Source: the human T2T-CHM13v2.0 reference genome, Homo sapiens. From it: 64,000 bases of DNA. Shown here piece by piece: positions 46,366-62,232 of the stretch (position 1 is the first letter of the stretch; each line of letters starts with the position of its first letter). Where the stretch lies: assembly GCF_009914755.1 (NCBI RefSeq), contig NC_060925.1. The stretch is one strand, 5' to 3'. A program made the translations under genes and the position numbers. The notes beneath the pieces are model-generated. The model saw only the letters and a program-made list of their open reading frames with translations, ran no database searches and was not told where the DNA came from.

Positions 46366-46889
46366 TCACCCAGAGAATCAGTACTAAATTATGGGGGAAG
46401 GGAGGGGAAAGATGAAAAGAAAGAGAAAGAGTTAAAGGCAGAGCAAGTACCAAGTTTTATCCACAATTTTTCTTTTGTTTTTTTAACCACTAGAGATGTA
46501 ACTTTTAACCATGAGATTTGTTACAGGTTATTATAAAACATGTTTATTATAGGAAATTGTATTTGTTCACTTATCACTTAATTATAAATAAGTTAAATTG
46601 AAAACTGAATTTGTAACTTATAACCACATATGAACTCATCTACTCTGTTTTAATTAATAACCCATAACTATGTAAACTATGTAAGGTCTCTTGAGAGCCA
46701 GAAAACACCAGGCTATATATCTCCTGGCAATCTTGCTTATATGCATGTCCAGGAGATTCAGATCTAAAGATCATCTTAAGCCTCATTCTGCATAGCCCAA
46801 TGAAAGTAGATGATTCTTAGAGCATTACATTCTAAAATAAATTTCTCACTTAAGATTATACTTTTATGACTGTTCTCATGTCGCTCTAG

Positions 46890-46983
46890 CATTTTGGAAA
46901 ATGTGCCTTAGAGGCCTGGGGAGGACATCTCATCTTCAAGCAGATTACTGGCTTTTTATCAATTTTACATATCACGATTCTAG
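46890..46983 (+). other. Candidate non-coding exon (94 nt)
   Basis: Acceptor ttctcatgtcgctctag| and consensus donor ag|gtgagt. Confidence 0.3.
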
Positions 46984-47149
46984 GTGAGTTTTCCTTCGAG
47001 GAGACGATTTTATGCAGCTTACTCCTTCCTAACATTCTCTCATTTTTTCAGCTTTAGCAGACATGTTTTAAACTTTAATTTGAATAAATTTCAGATTTTT
47101 CTGCATGTTATAGTTTCCCTAAGTAAAATAATTGTGGCAAATGAAGTGT

Positions 47150-47543
47150 ATGCATGTTAGTTATTGCCATGAACATAGCATGTAACAAATTGCCCCCAAA
47201 TTTAGCTTAGAACAACAGTCATTTATTCTCATAAGTCTGCATGTTGGCTGATCTAGGCTGCACTTGGCTGGATGACTATGCCGGTTCTGGTTGGTCTCAC
47301 ATGTCTAGAGATTAGCTGGGGCCAACTCTGCTCTGCCATATGTCTGCCATCTTCCTGTGACCAGCTGGCTGGTCTGGGACGAGTTTGAGCAGGCTCTTCT
47401 CTTGGCCTAGGAGAGAGGAAGCCTTATCTTGCGAGTGCTTTTCAAGATTCTGCGAGCCTCATGTCTGATTGGGAGGACACTGAAAAGTGGCAGTGGATGC
47501 AGGGAGGGAGAAAGAATTGGAGCCACTAATTCAAACTACCACA
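47150..47543 (-). mobile_element. Old MLT1 LTR
   Basis: gttagttattgcc...gcatgtaacaaattgcccccaaatttag...aacaacagtcatttattctcata...aaactaccaca. Confidence 0.65.
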
Positions 47544-47584
47544 GAGTGCCACATAGCAATAGGAATGGAAAAGGGTACTGCTAG

Positions 47585-48036
<452 letters not shown>

Positions 48037-48333
48037 TGAGACAACTCAGTTAATCAAATAAGCATAAAGCAAATATTAAATGAATGGATGAATACATAAT
48101 TACCATGATGTCAGCCTTATTGGGCCGCCCTGTTAAGCATGAATCCCTCTTAGGAGTACTGAGGCTGCCACTTTCATGTACCTCCACAGGCTAAAATTAG
48201 GAAGTGACCTTGCCCTAGGATCTCCATTTTCATTCTTCATCGCTGAATTCTAGGTAGTCTTAGGCACGGCCAAATTCAGATTCTTAAGTATTCTAAGACA
48301 ACTGAAATTTCTTTTAAATTTTGAGTTTACAAA

Positions 48334-48342
48334 TCTCTCTCT

Positions 48343-48420
<78 letters not shown>
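48334..48420. repeat. Compound (TC)n(TG)21 microsatellite
   Basis: Seen directly. Confidence 0.97.
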
Positions 48421-48422
<2 letters not shown>

Positions 48423-48549
48423 GCAATTGTCCCAGTTTTAAACCACTTGTTATGTTTCAAGAAAAGTTTTACTAATATTTTAAATGAACTTTTATAGGAA
48501 ATGATAGATCCATTCTGGTATATTGTGTCATTGTCCATTAAAACAATGG

Positions 48550-50840
48550 TCAACATTTATTAAGCACTACTATGTGTTGGGAACTGTGCTAGCTGTTCGA
48601 TATACCTTAGCTGTACTTCCCAAAACAATTATACTGGCTGGGCATTATTTAATATTCTCATTTGATAGGAGGAAGCTGAGGTTTAGAAAAGTTAGGTAAC
48701 TTACCCAAGGTCAAGCAATCTATAAATGGATTGATTTGGGCTGCCAGTCTTGCCAACTCCCTAGGCTGCACTCTTTCCAATATACTATATTGCCTTGATT
48801 TCCTAATTGGGTTGTTCTCATGGGCACGGACACCCATCACCCAGCAACTGCACCAGCATCTTCTCCCAGAGAACACCATTGTGCTCATGACATACAATGC
48901 ATGCTCTGGTAAACAGTGGTTAATATAGGCAAAAACAAAACTTTTAATTTTTGCCTCCAATAAGTAAATGATTATTGTGATGAATCCTCCTTCATCTTCA
49001 CCGAGGCAAGAGAAAGAAAAGGGGCTTATACCACTGAATAAAATGTTGAGGTCAGATATAAGAAAGAACTTCCTCTTGAGTTCGTTAAATACTATTATGA
49101 GATTCCCAGAGAGTTGGCAAATATTTTCACTCAGAAGAAGTATTGCAAACCTTCTTCACTTTCTCCTCCTCCTCCTTCTACTTATTTCTATGAATTTTTT
49201 TCCAAATAAAATCTCAAAAGTGATTCCATTCATCCATTCACTCATTTAACAAATATTGATACCTATTGTCCCCAACACTGTGTCATGTTGAGGGCACAGT
49301 GGTGAACAAGAGGCAAAACCCTATGAAGACATTCTATTACAGGCTGCTGCTCTGGTTGAAAGGGTGGGAAACTCAGAGATGCCCTTTCTCTGTCTTTGTC
49401 TTTACGTCCCTATTCCCAACTACCTCTGTGCAAAAACAGCACTCTGCAATACATTGTGAAAATCACTGCTCTGTAGACATTTAGAGGGAATTAGGATTAT
49501 AGTGGTCTTCTCTAATTTCCACTTTCTCATCCCCAGCACCTTACCTTTGAGGAAGTTATGAAAAGTATACTTTTAAAATAAATGCACACAGGTGTCTGTG
49601 TTTGGGGGATTGTTTACAACAGAGTTATCTGGAAAAATGAGATGGACTGTTTTTTGAAGCCCTTCTCTGCCTTTGTTTCTTCTGCCTCCAGTTTTCATCA
49701 ATCTGCTTTACCAACTCATCTTTAAGGCAGTGCTAGAGTTGTCTTCATAAAACTTTTGATGACTCCTTGTTGACCTTCTAATATAGTTCAATCTTTTAAA
49801 CAGGCATTCAGGGGCCTCCTGAGCTGCCCTTACCCCTTGCCAGTTTTCCAGTCTCATTTCCAATGCATCCGTCAGTATATTCTGTAGCCTCCTTCACTGA
49901 TCACCTGCCTGGTCCCCAAACACATGTGATGTTCACTCCTCCTCACTTTTGTTAGGCCCAGAATACCCATTTCTTCCTCCACTAATCAAAATCTATGCAA
50001 CCTTCAAGGCTCAGCTCATTTTCAGCTTCTCCCTGAGGCCTGCCCTTATCACTCTACCAGAATTAATTGCTTCCTCCTACATGCTCCCACAGCCCTGTCT
50101 TGTACTTCTGTTTAGCACGTTTTCTGTTCTGCTTCATCCAAACACAATATGTTTACATGTCTGTTTCCTGTAACCCCCTTGGATACTCCAGGATTGAGGT
50201 CATGGGTCCATGTCAGTCCATCACTGCATCTTTTAGTGCTTTACTCACAAAAGGACCTTCACAAAATATGTCACGTGATTGAATTACATTCTTGTACTAG
50301 GGTTCCACAAGATCAGCTGTGGCCAGTCAGAGCGGTGGTATTGGTTTAATTTTTATCTCTTTAAGAGGTAGCTAGAACTTGGTGTAAGACAGACCTGGGG
50401 TCAGATCCCATCTCTAAGTCTGTGAGCTATGGTGAGTCACTTAACTTCTTTTGCACTCAGTTTCCTCATCTAAAAGTGGGGATTAAAACCTACTTTGATG
50501 AGTTATTATGAAGATTAAATGACATGATGTGTGCTTAGCAGAATGCCTGTTACATAGCAGTGAATAATAAGTAGTAAACATCATTAAAGTTTTACTTCTG
50601 GAAGAAACACTAGCCTACATTATTGAATCCCCACTAGGTACAAGGTGCCTGTCTCCACACTTCATGCACACCATCTCATTTAACTCTCACAAACACCCCG
50701 GAGGTTCTATTGTCACCATCTCTATGTTACAGGTGAAGACCCTGACAGGTTAGCAGTTTCCCGGTGGTCCTGCAGCTAATAAGGAATACAGCTGGACGTG
50801 AACCCAGTCGTTAGACACTAGATCACATACTTGTAACTAC
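48550..50840. mobile_element. Cluster of MIR (~48550-48790, ~50370-50580, ~50600-50840) and L2 (~49225-49320, ~49690-50100) fragments
   Basis: MIR cores (gaggaagctgaggtttaga...aacttacccaaggtca; ctcagtttcctcatct); L2 end cattcactcatttaacaaatattga. Confidence 0.6.
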
Positions 50841-51654
50841 TGTTGCCATTTGATGGATTTGAGAAGTTAAAAAAGAATATTCTGGTTTTAATGGAACAGT
50901 GAAATTGGATGGTGAAATAATCCCTAACCAGGATCTGTCATTACGTCAGCCAGTCATGAAATAGGTGGGAAGTTACCAATAGAATAATTTCTTCTGGTTG
51001 TGCAGAGATAAGTATTAGAGTGCAATCATTGCACCAAAGGATCTGTCAAGTTTTCAGCAGAGTCTGTTCTTTCAAGAAGATTTTCTACCCCTTAGATTTT
51101 CAAAGAATTTTCTGTATTTTTGCAGTTATAATATTTCAAGACAAAGTTGGCTTAACATTTTCCTCAAAACCTCTCCCCCAAAGAGGGGAGGCCAGGTCAA
51201 ATCAACTCTGATGACATGGTACCTTCAACATATATAGATTGCAAGAATCAGATCTAAAATTTTATTTACTTCCCTGGGAGTTACTGTGTGATCAATTTCA
51301 AGATGAATAAAAATGATACCTCTTGCACCATTTAGGTCTTTTATTTGCCATCACAATAATTCCTGTTGTTTGTTATTTGACTCACACTAAGACTAGCTTA
51401 ATCTGAAGTATGTATATTCTATGTTACTATAATTTAACCAAACATTATTTTGTATTATATTTTATTTTAAATAAATTCATTTCCTAGTAACTAAAACTTA
51501 GAAAACCAAGTCTCTCCCCTCTTTGAAGCCTTAGAATTTGCATATATCCCACTTTAAATTTTTCTATTTAATTCTTTTTCTCCTCTCAACCAGAAACTTC
51601 AGATGCATGGTGACTTTTCTGGTCAAAAAATTCATGCCAAATACAAGAGCTTTT

Positions 51655-51821
51655 CCCCTCCCTCCCTCCTGCCCTCCTTTCCTCCTTCACTCCCTTTCTT
51701 TCTCATTCTCTTCCTCTCTTTCCTACCTTCTCTCTTTCCCTCCCTCCCTCCCTTCTTTCCTTCCTTCCTTCCTTCCTTCTTTCCTTCCTTCTTTCCCTCT
51801 TTCCTCACTTTCCTTTCTTTC
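51655..51821. repeat. Polypyrimidine (TTCC/CCCT)n tract, likely the decayed tail of the adjacent L1
   Basis: About 165 bp of almost purely C/T on the + strand. Confidence 0.9.
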
Positions 51822-52700
51822 ATAGCTTTATTGAGGTCTAATTTACATACCCCAAATTCACTTGTTTTAACTGCACAATTTAATTACCTAAAGTAAATTT
51901 ACAGCATTGTGCAACTCACACAATAATTTAATTTTAGAATATTTCTGTCACCCCAAAAAAGAAACGAAGTGCCCATGTATGGTCATTTTCCATTTTCACT
52001 GCCAGCCTCAGGCAATCACTAATCTACTTTTTATCTCTATAGATTTCACTTTTCTGGAAATTTTATGTAAATGAAATCATACACATGTGGTTTATTGTGT
52101 AGTTTATTTATTATACTTCTATCACATAACATAATGTTTTTGAAGTTCATCCATGTTGTAGCATTTATCAGCAGTTTGTTCCTTTTTATTGCTGACTACT
52201 ATTCCATTGCATGAATATATTACATTTTGTTTATCCATTCGTCAGATGATAGATACTAGGTTGTTTCTCCTTTTGCCTAATGTGAATAATGTTGTTACAA
52301 ACTTTCACATATAAGTCTTTGTGTAGACATATATTTTATTTCTCTCGGAGATTCCAGGAAGTGGAATTGTTGGGTATGTGGCAAATTTTTGTTTAACATT
52401 TTAAGAAACTGCCAAAATATTTTACAAAGTGACTGCAGTATTTTACATTTCCACCAGCAATGTATGTGGGTTCCAGTTAATCCACATCCTTGTCAACAGT
52501 TGTTGTCCTCATATGTTATTGAAATGTATATGGTGAGAAAACTGTGAAAAATGGCATCTAGATATAGTTTTAATTGCAATTCTATTAGGAGTAAAGTTGA
52601 GCATAAATTTATGTTTAAGGGCCATGTGTAAACTTTTTGTATGTAAACCTCATGTCAACTCTTTTGTCCATTTTCTATCTAGTTTTTAGTTTTTCCTTTT
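51822..52700 (-). mobile_element. L1MB 3' region
   Basis: atagctttattgagg...ccagcctcaggcaatcactaatctactt...gttcatccatgttgtagcat...taagaaactgccaaa. Confidence 0.85.
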
Positions 52701-52912
52701 TTCTTATCAATGTTTAATTATAAACTTAAAAAAATTAAAGTGTACTGTATTTCCCCCTTTATAAACACAGCATGTACTTATTTTAAAAATTTGAACACAA
52801 AGATAGGACACGAAGCTTCAAATTATGCATGGTGGGTCAACTGCATTTGTTTTAATCATCCCTGGAAAGTCTACCAAAATGATTGCGGAATGCTTTTTAA
52901 AAAGCGTGAACT

Positions 52913-53201
52913 TGCCGGGCATGGTGGCTCACGCCTGTAATCCCAGCACTTTGGGAGACTGAAGAGGGCAGATCACGAGGTCAGGAGATCGAGACCATCC
53001 TGGCTAACACGGTGAAACCCTGTCTCTACTAAAAATACAAAAAACTAGCCGGACGTGGTGGCGGGCGCCTGTGGTCCCAGCTGCTCCGGAGGCTGAGGCA
53101 GGAGAATGGCGTCAATCCAGGAGTTGGAGCTTGCAGTGAGCCAAGATCATGCCAGGGCACTCCAGCATGGGCGACAGAGCAAAAAAAAAAAAAAAAAAAA
53201 A
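52913..53201 (+). mobile_element. AluY lacking the last ~13 nt before its A tail
   Basis: ...gcgacagagc is followed directly by the A tail. TSD aaaaagcgtgaac. Confidence 0.94.
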
Positions 53202-53219
53202 AAAAAGCGTGAACCTGGA

Positions 53220-55600
<2,381 letters not shown>

Positions 55601-55794
55601 ACAATAATACAACAAAGAAAGCAGGAGGGAGAAAAATGACTGTTGTACTACCCAAAGATAAACAATATTCTCATTTGGTTGGTTGGTTGTTTTTTTTAAG
55701 TCTTCCTCCCCCTCCTCCACCACACCATGCCCAAGCTTTTGTTTCTAGCTTTTACATAGCCATGTTTATACAGTTGGCTTTTCTGCTTTTCTTT

Positions 55795-56110
55795 TCTTTC
55801 TATTTTTTTTTTTTTTTTTAAGATGGAATCTCACTCTGTCGCCCAGGCTGGAGTACAGTGGCATGATCTCTCAACTCACTGCAAACTCCGCCTCCTGGGT
55901 TCAAGCAATTCTTTTGCCTCAATCTCCTGAGTAGCTGGGATTATAGGTGCCTACCTACACTCCTGGCTAAATTTTTTGTATTATTTTTTTGGTAGAGACG
56001 GGGTTTCACCATGTTGGCGAGGCTGGTCTCAAACTCCAGACCTCAGGTGATCTGCCTGCCTCAGCCTCCCAAAGTGCTGGGATTAGAGGCATGAGCCATT
56101 GGGCCCAGCC
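55795..56110 (-). mobile_element. AluSx/Sz-like
   Basis: Antisense dimer. TSD ttctgcttttctt. Confidence 0.93.
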
Positions 56111-56289
56111 TATTCTGCTTTTCTTAATCTACTCTCATGGTACAGTATGCTCCCATGTTATCATGTCATATTAAAATTAAAGCATATTTTTCAATGGCTG
56201 CATGATGGCACATTGAATGGCTATACTATAATTCACTTTTGTTCATTGTCATTCGTTCTTCTCTCTGCCTAAAACTCTAACATTCTTGG

Positions 56290-56800
56290 TATCAGTCCCA
56301 CATCTTAATTGGACCACTCCTCTTTCCCCTCTCCAACCATGTGATTCCAAAGCGGGCAAAGCTGCCAATCACTATACCCCAGCCCTCTGGCCACAGTGCT
56401 AAGAATGTGGCCCAAGCCAGCTCAGCTGATGAGATAACTTTTCTGGGGAGTTAGAAAACTCCCCAGGAGCTGGACAGCAAAGTTTGATGTGAGGATGTGA
56501 GCCTGGAGCAATGATGTGAGCCTGGACTCACTGGGACAGTCAGCCTGAAAGCACAAAGTGCAGGGAGGCAGAGATGAGAGCCGGTGTAGCAAGAGAACCA
56601 ACAGCTAGAAACAGAGGGAAGGGAGAGATACAAGAAAGAAAGGAACCCGACAGTATTCCACTCCCTGAACCTAGAGATCCCTGAGGACAACCTTACTCTA
56701 GCCTTTTCCATAATTAGCTGATAAATACTTCCTTTACACTTTTTATACTTATATAGGTTGAATTTGCCTCTATTATTTATAAATTAATAAGCCTTCACTA
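56290..56800 (+). mobile_element. LTR16-like (ERVL) LTR
   Basis: ccctctggccacagtg...ggcccaagcc...aggatgtgagcctggagc...gcagagatgagag; the motif gatgtgagcctgga is locally repeated. Confidence 0.55.
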
Positions 56801-57399
56801 GTGTGACTTTTGGAATGGAACACAATACTCAAATTGTTCATAGCAGACATGTAATAAACACTTATTAAACTGAGTTAAATGAACTTCCCTAGAGGCAGAA
56901 TAGTACAGTGCAAAGAGCTTGGGCTTTAGAAACTGGCTGACCTGAGTTTGAATTATGGATCTATAAGATGTTTGGCATATTATTTCATAATTCAGAACCT
57001 TTATTTCTCCTCCTTTTTCATCCTCATCAGCATTATAATCTCTAACATTTGTTGAGTTCTTTCTACGTGGAACATACTATGCTAAGTGCTTTGCATTTAT
57101 GAGTAAAATAATCCTAACAGATAGGTCTTTTTTATTATTATATTGTTATGATCTTTGAAATGAGGATTCAATGAGATAATCAATTTAAATCACTAAGCCC
57201 AAATAATGACTGTTTTTCCTCCCACTTTTTCCTTTCTGACTTAATCCTGCATCTTACCACTTTGCCAGAATTTAGAGATATGGCTCCTTGACTTTTGAAC
57301 AGATTAATCTGTTTGCTCTTTGCCGTCATAACTTGTTAGTCTTTGTCTCCGTGCCTTTTTACCTGTCAATTACTCACTATGAGATGTGCTTAATAATGA

Positions 57400-58645
57400 C
57401 ACAAACAACATAGATGGAAAGACATATCATGTTCTAAAACTGGAAGACTAGAAATCACAAAGAGGTCAATTCTTTTTAATTTACAAATTTAATTCAATCC
57501 TAATAAAAGTAAAAACAAATACCCCCCTCCTTCTTTCTCTGGAATTGGACAAGTTGATTCTAAAATTCATATGGAAAAATGCTTACACAAGAATAGCAAG
57601 AAAAATTCTGAAAATGAGAGCAGTGCAGAAGGATTAGTCTCTCTAGGTAATAAGGCATATTACACAATCTCAATAAGTAGAAGAGAGAGATAATGATTCC
57701 TGAATAGGCAAACAGACAGTAACACAGGCTAGAAAGTTCAGAAATAGAATTGATTAACAAAGGAATTTAGTAGAATCATTGGTGAAGGTGGTATCAAAAT
57801 CCAATGTTTGACAGTACACTCTCTTGGCAAGGCTGTGGGGAAGAAAATGGTACAAGCTCCAATTCCATGGAGGTAAATCTGATAATATTTGTTAAAATTA
57901 CAAATACATTTATCCCATTTCTGAGAATTTAATGCATAGATTTTATTTGTTGATCTTGAAGTATTTTTATTTTTCCTTAATTAGCAGCTTCCTGGGTAGC
58001 CCTGAGCTCATGTATGTTGGTTTTTCCAACCCACTGAAGTTAGCAGAATCTCTTGATTGCTACTTTATGTTTTCTTTTTTCTTACTTTTAATAATTTTGA
58101 TGTTTTTCCAACTTTTTTATTTATTTTATTTCTTTAGCAATAATTCATTTATAATTTCAGTTTTTGTTTTAGATTTAGAGCGTACATGCACAGGTTTGTT
58201 ACCTGGATATATTGTGTGATGCTGAGGTTTGTAACCAATTGACTTAAGTGCACACATACAAAATGGCAGGTTTGCAAAAGTTATTTATTGCAATTTACAA
58301 TAGTAAGAAATCCAAGGGTCCATGAGTAGGGGGCTGGATAAATAAACTGTGGTGCAAACATACATTAGAATACTATTCAGCTTTAAAAACACACAGAGAA
58401 AAGTTTCTCTAGTTAGTTTTACAAAGAGAAAAAAGTTAAAAACTCAAGTGCAGAACAGTGTGTATAGTACCTTACCTTTGTGTAACAAACGGAGTAATAA
58501 GAATATTTATATTGTATTTGCCTGTATCTGCATAAAGAATCAATGAAAAGTTACATAAATTGCTAAGAGTAATTACCTGTTCAGAAAGGAAGAATCTGCT
58601 AGAAGGGAAAAGAGATGAGAGCAAGACTTGTTAATATGTACTTTA
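57400..58645 (+). mobile_element. L1ME fragments, containing a short antisense L1PB 3' end (~58150-58232)
   Basis: gattctaaaattcatatggaaa...aagaatagc...ataaataaactgtgg...gaatactattcagc. L1PB-like acatgcacaggtttgttacctggatatattgtgtgatgctgaggtttg. Confidence 0.65.
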
Positions 58646-58657
58646 TTACTTTGGTGG

Positions 58658-59424
<767 letters not shown>

Positions 59425-60231
59425 GTGGTTTGGCTTTTTGAATCATGGATTTATATCAACCATTCCAATAAAAAAAAGTAAAGATTAAAAAATTCAAGCA
59501 GCGAGTACTTAGTGTGTGTTAAGATACTGTGCTAAACTTGTAAATATATCATCTCATTTAATCCTCAAAAGAGCCCTGTGAAGTTTTATTTTAATTTCAA
59601 TTTTACAGATGAGAGAGAGAATAACTTAGATTGCTTAAGCAATTTGTTCATCTCTCTATCAATCCACCCCTCCTCCCCATTTCTTTCATGCCCCAGCTCA
59701 ATACTAACTTCCTGCCAGTTTTCACACAGGTTATTTCCATTCAACTCCAACAAGTTGTTTCTTTGAATCTCTTTAGTAATTAAATAACTAGTTCACACCA
59801 TATTCTTTTAAAATAGCAAAAGCCTTAGGGCCTTCTGCCTGTACTTGCTTCATCTCCCTGACCAGACTGTAAAAACCATATTGTGTATCATACTTTCCAC
59901 TTTTGCCTCCTCCCCTCCAGGGCTTCCAGGTACACTGAATCACCACTCAGTAAATCTCGGGATACAAAATAACTTTCACTTGTTTGGGTTCCTGCAATTT
60001 ACAGTCTATAATTACATTGAATCTCCCCAAAACTCTGTCAGGTATGTTTTATTGACCTCTTTTTACAGAAGAGGAAACTGACGCTCAGAGAGACTCAGAA
60101 AGATTAACTATGAGTCATATCTAGGACTTCTGACAAAATAAGGCCTCTTTTCATTATACCACAGCTACTTCTAGTTAACCTCATAGAAAATATCTGGCTG
60201 AATCGTATTTATTCCAGGGAAAGGTCTACGT

Positions 60232-60652
60232 CAGTTATTCTAGAAATGAGGACATAGGGATAACTCAATTTATATTTTAACATTTTAAGAAACTGCCAAA
60301 GTATTGTACAAAGTGACTGCAACATTTTATATTTTCATCAGCAGTGTATGTGGGATCCAGTTAATCCATATTTTTATCAACAGTTGTAAGTGTCTTATAC
60401 ATTGGTGAAGTGTATATGGTGGTGACAAAATGGTGAAAAATGGCATTTAGCCTTATGGTTTTAATTGCAGTTCTCCTATTATAAGTAAAGTTGAGCATAC
60501 TCAAAATGTGGTCCTTAGACTAGCAGCATCAACATGAACTGGAGGCGTGATAGAACACAGCATCTCAGGTCTCATCTCCAAGGTACCGAGTCAGAATCTG
60601 CATTGGAAGATCCGCAGATGATTCCTATAACATTCACATTTGAGAATTTCTG
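60232..60652. mobile_element. MER5A split near its left end by a ~260 bp insertion
   Basis: cagttattct (60232-60241), then ctcaaaatgtggtcc...tcagaatctgcatt...tgagaatttctg (60500-60652). hAT-type 8 bp flanks gtctacgt / gtctaaga. Confidence 0.65.
60276..60499 (+). repeat. Diverged direct copy of 52392-52605
   Basis: Colinear from tttaacattttaagaaactgccaaa to gtaaagttgagcata. Confidence 0.85.
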
Positions 60653-62009
60653 GTCTAAGATCCTGTTCAGTGACAATTCTCTATGAATTTATGACCTATG
60701 ATCTCTGTCTAGGAGAACCAACCAATGAGTTATTTATCACTCTCCCCTCAGGTCTGCTGGCTCTGAGGAGCACCTATTTCCTTTCTCGAAAACATCTTCC
60801 AGGATATTTTGGTATAGTGGAATGAGAAGGTGCTTCTATTTGAAAAGATCCTTTTGAGACCGGCTATGAATACCTGCAAAGTGAGAGAAATGAAAGAAGT
60901 CTAAACGTCCCCATTTGGCTGTCAATGCATCTTGCGTTGCCTGGAGAGTTGCTCTCTGCCTAGCACTGACAGTATAGAGTGGGATATTTCTGCCCTGGGA
61001 GTTCCCAGCATCACAGTCAAATAGAACCCCAGACTGCTTTCCTGAGTGTGCTGAGGTTTCTGGCTAGCCTGGCTCAAATTCCTTGGGGGAGGAATCACCT
61101 TTGCCTGACATGTTATCTCTGTGACCACCAGTTTGTTAACTGTTTATTTCAAATGCTATTGATGTTAGTCAACTTTATAGCATGTGCACTTTGTTGACAT
61201 TTAAAAAAATGCCTTTATATGTTTGCTCATTCGTTTTAATTTATGGCATGGGAGGAACATGTTTCAGATCACAAGAGTAGAATGAAAACATAAGATTATT
61301 CACCAGTGGGAAGTACCAGAAAAGGTTGTAATTGAACATAATAACTTTCAGTATTTTCCTTAAAACTTGTGTAGGTATTTTATTCCTAAATTTTTACATT
61401 ATTTTAAATATATGTAATATTTTGCCTAGTTTGAAAGACGAGCATTTTGATTTTGAGACTGTGGAAAAATCAGAGAAGTCTAAGGGGACATTAAAAAACC
61501 AAACCCTCTAAATTCAATACTTAACATTTTGTTCAGTCTCTTTTTACTCTTTTTTTTGCTGTAACAGGGATCTTTTTCCTGCAACTTCTAGTGAGGAAAG
61601 CTTGTTTTAAGATCTCTTGTTTCATTATGACAAGGACAGTGATTGAGCTCCCTTGTGGAGAGGAGGAGGATGAGTCAGCCAAAGTGACATGGAAAGGACA
61701 CAAATAGAAACAGAACTGGACCACCTCCAGGGCAGCTAGGGTTTGCATGTTCCTATGACGCTAGGACTTCAGGAAGAGTTGCCTGAGCCCCAGAAGGTCC
61801 TGTAGATCCCTCTGCACTGGACTCCATATGCCCACATGTCAGCCTCCACAGCTGCGAGGCTGAGATATGGAGCTCTCAGTGACCATCCTCCTGGCTTGAA
61901 AGCTATTTCTCCCATAGGCCTGAAGTTCCTCTTGCTATGTAAGGTCTATTTCTTGGCTCCAACAGAGATAGAACCTGTTCTCTGTTCTCAGGATGGCAAA
62001 TGGGCCCAT

Positions 62010-62232
62010 GGAAAGGACTTGGAGTTCACAACCAGGCGGCCCTGGCCCTAACTCTAGCTCGGTCACTTGGTAGTTTTATAATCATGAGCAGCATTATTTA
62101 AGTTCTCTTAGTTTTCTTGACTGTGACATGGGGCTACTAAAAGCTACCCTGCAGGGTCATTGTAAAAATTAGAGATAATGGATATTCATTGACTGTAGCT
62201 TAACAGGCACTCAATAAATGGTAGCCATTACT
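62010..62232 (+). mobile_element. MIR (donor of the 58676-58817 copy)
   Basis: gacttggagttc...ctgcagggtcattgtaa...aggcactcaataaatggtagccatta. Confidence 0.7.

Noticed and set aside
45344-46536. Cluster of 60-114 aa ORFs
   Set aside because: They arise from the C-rich degenerate tandem array. No consistent frame.
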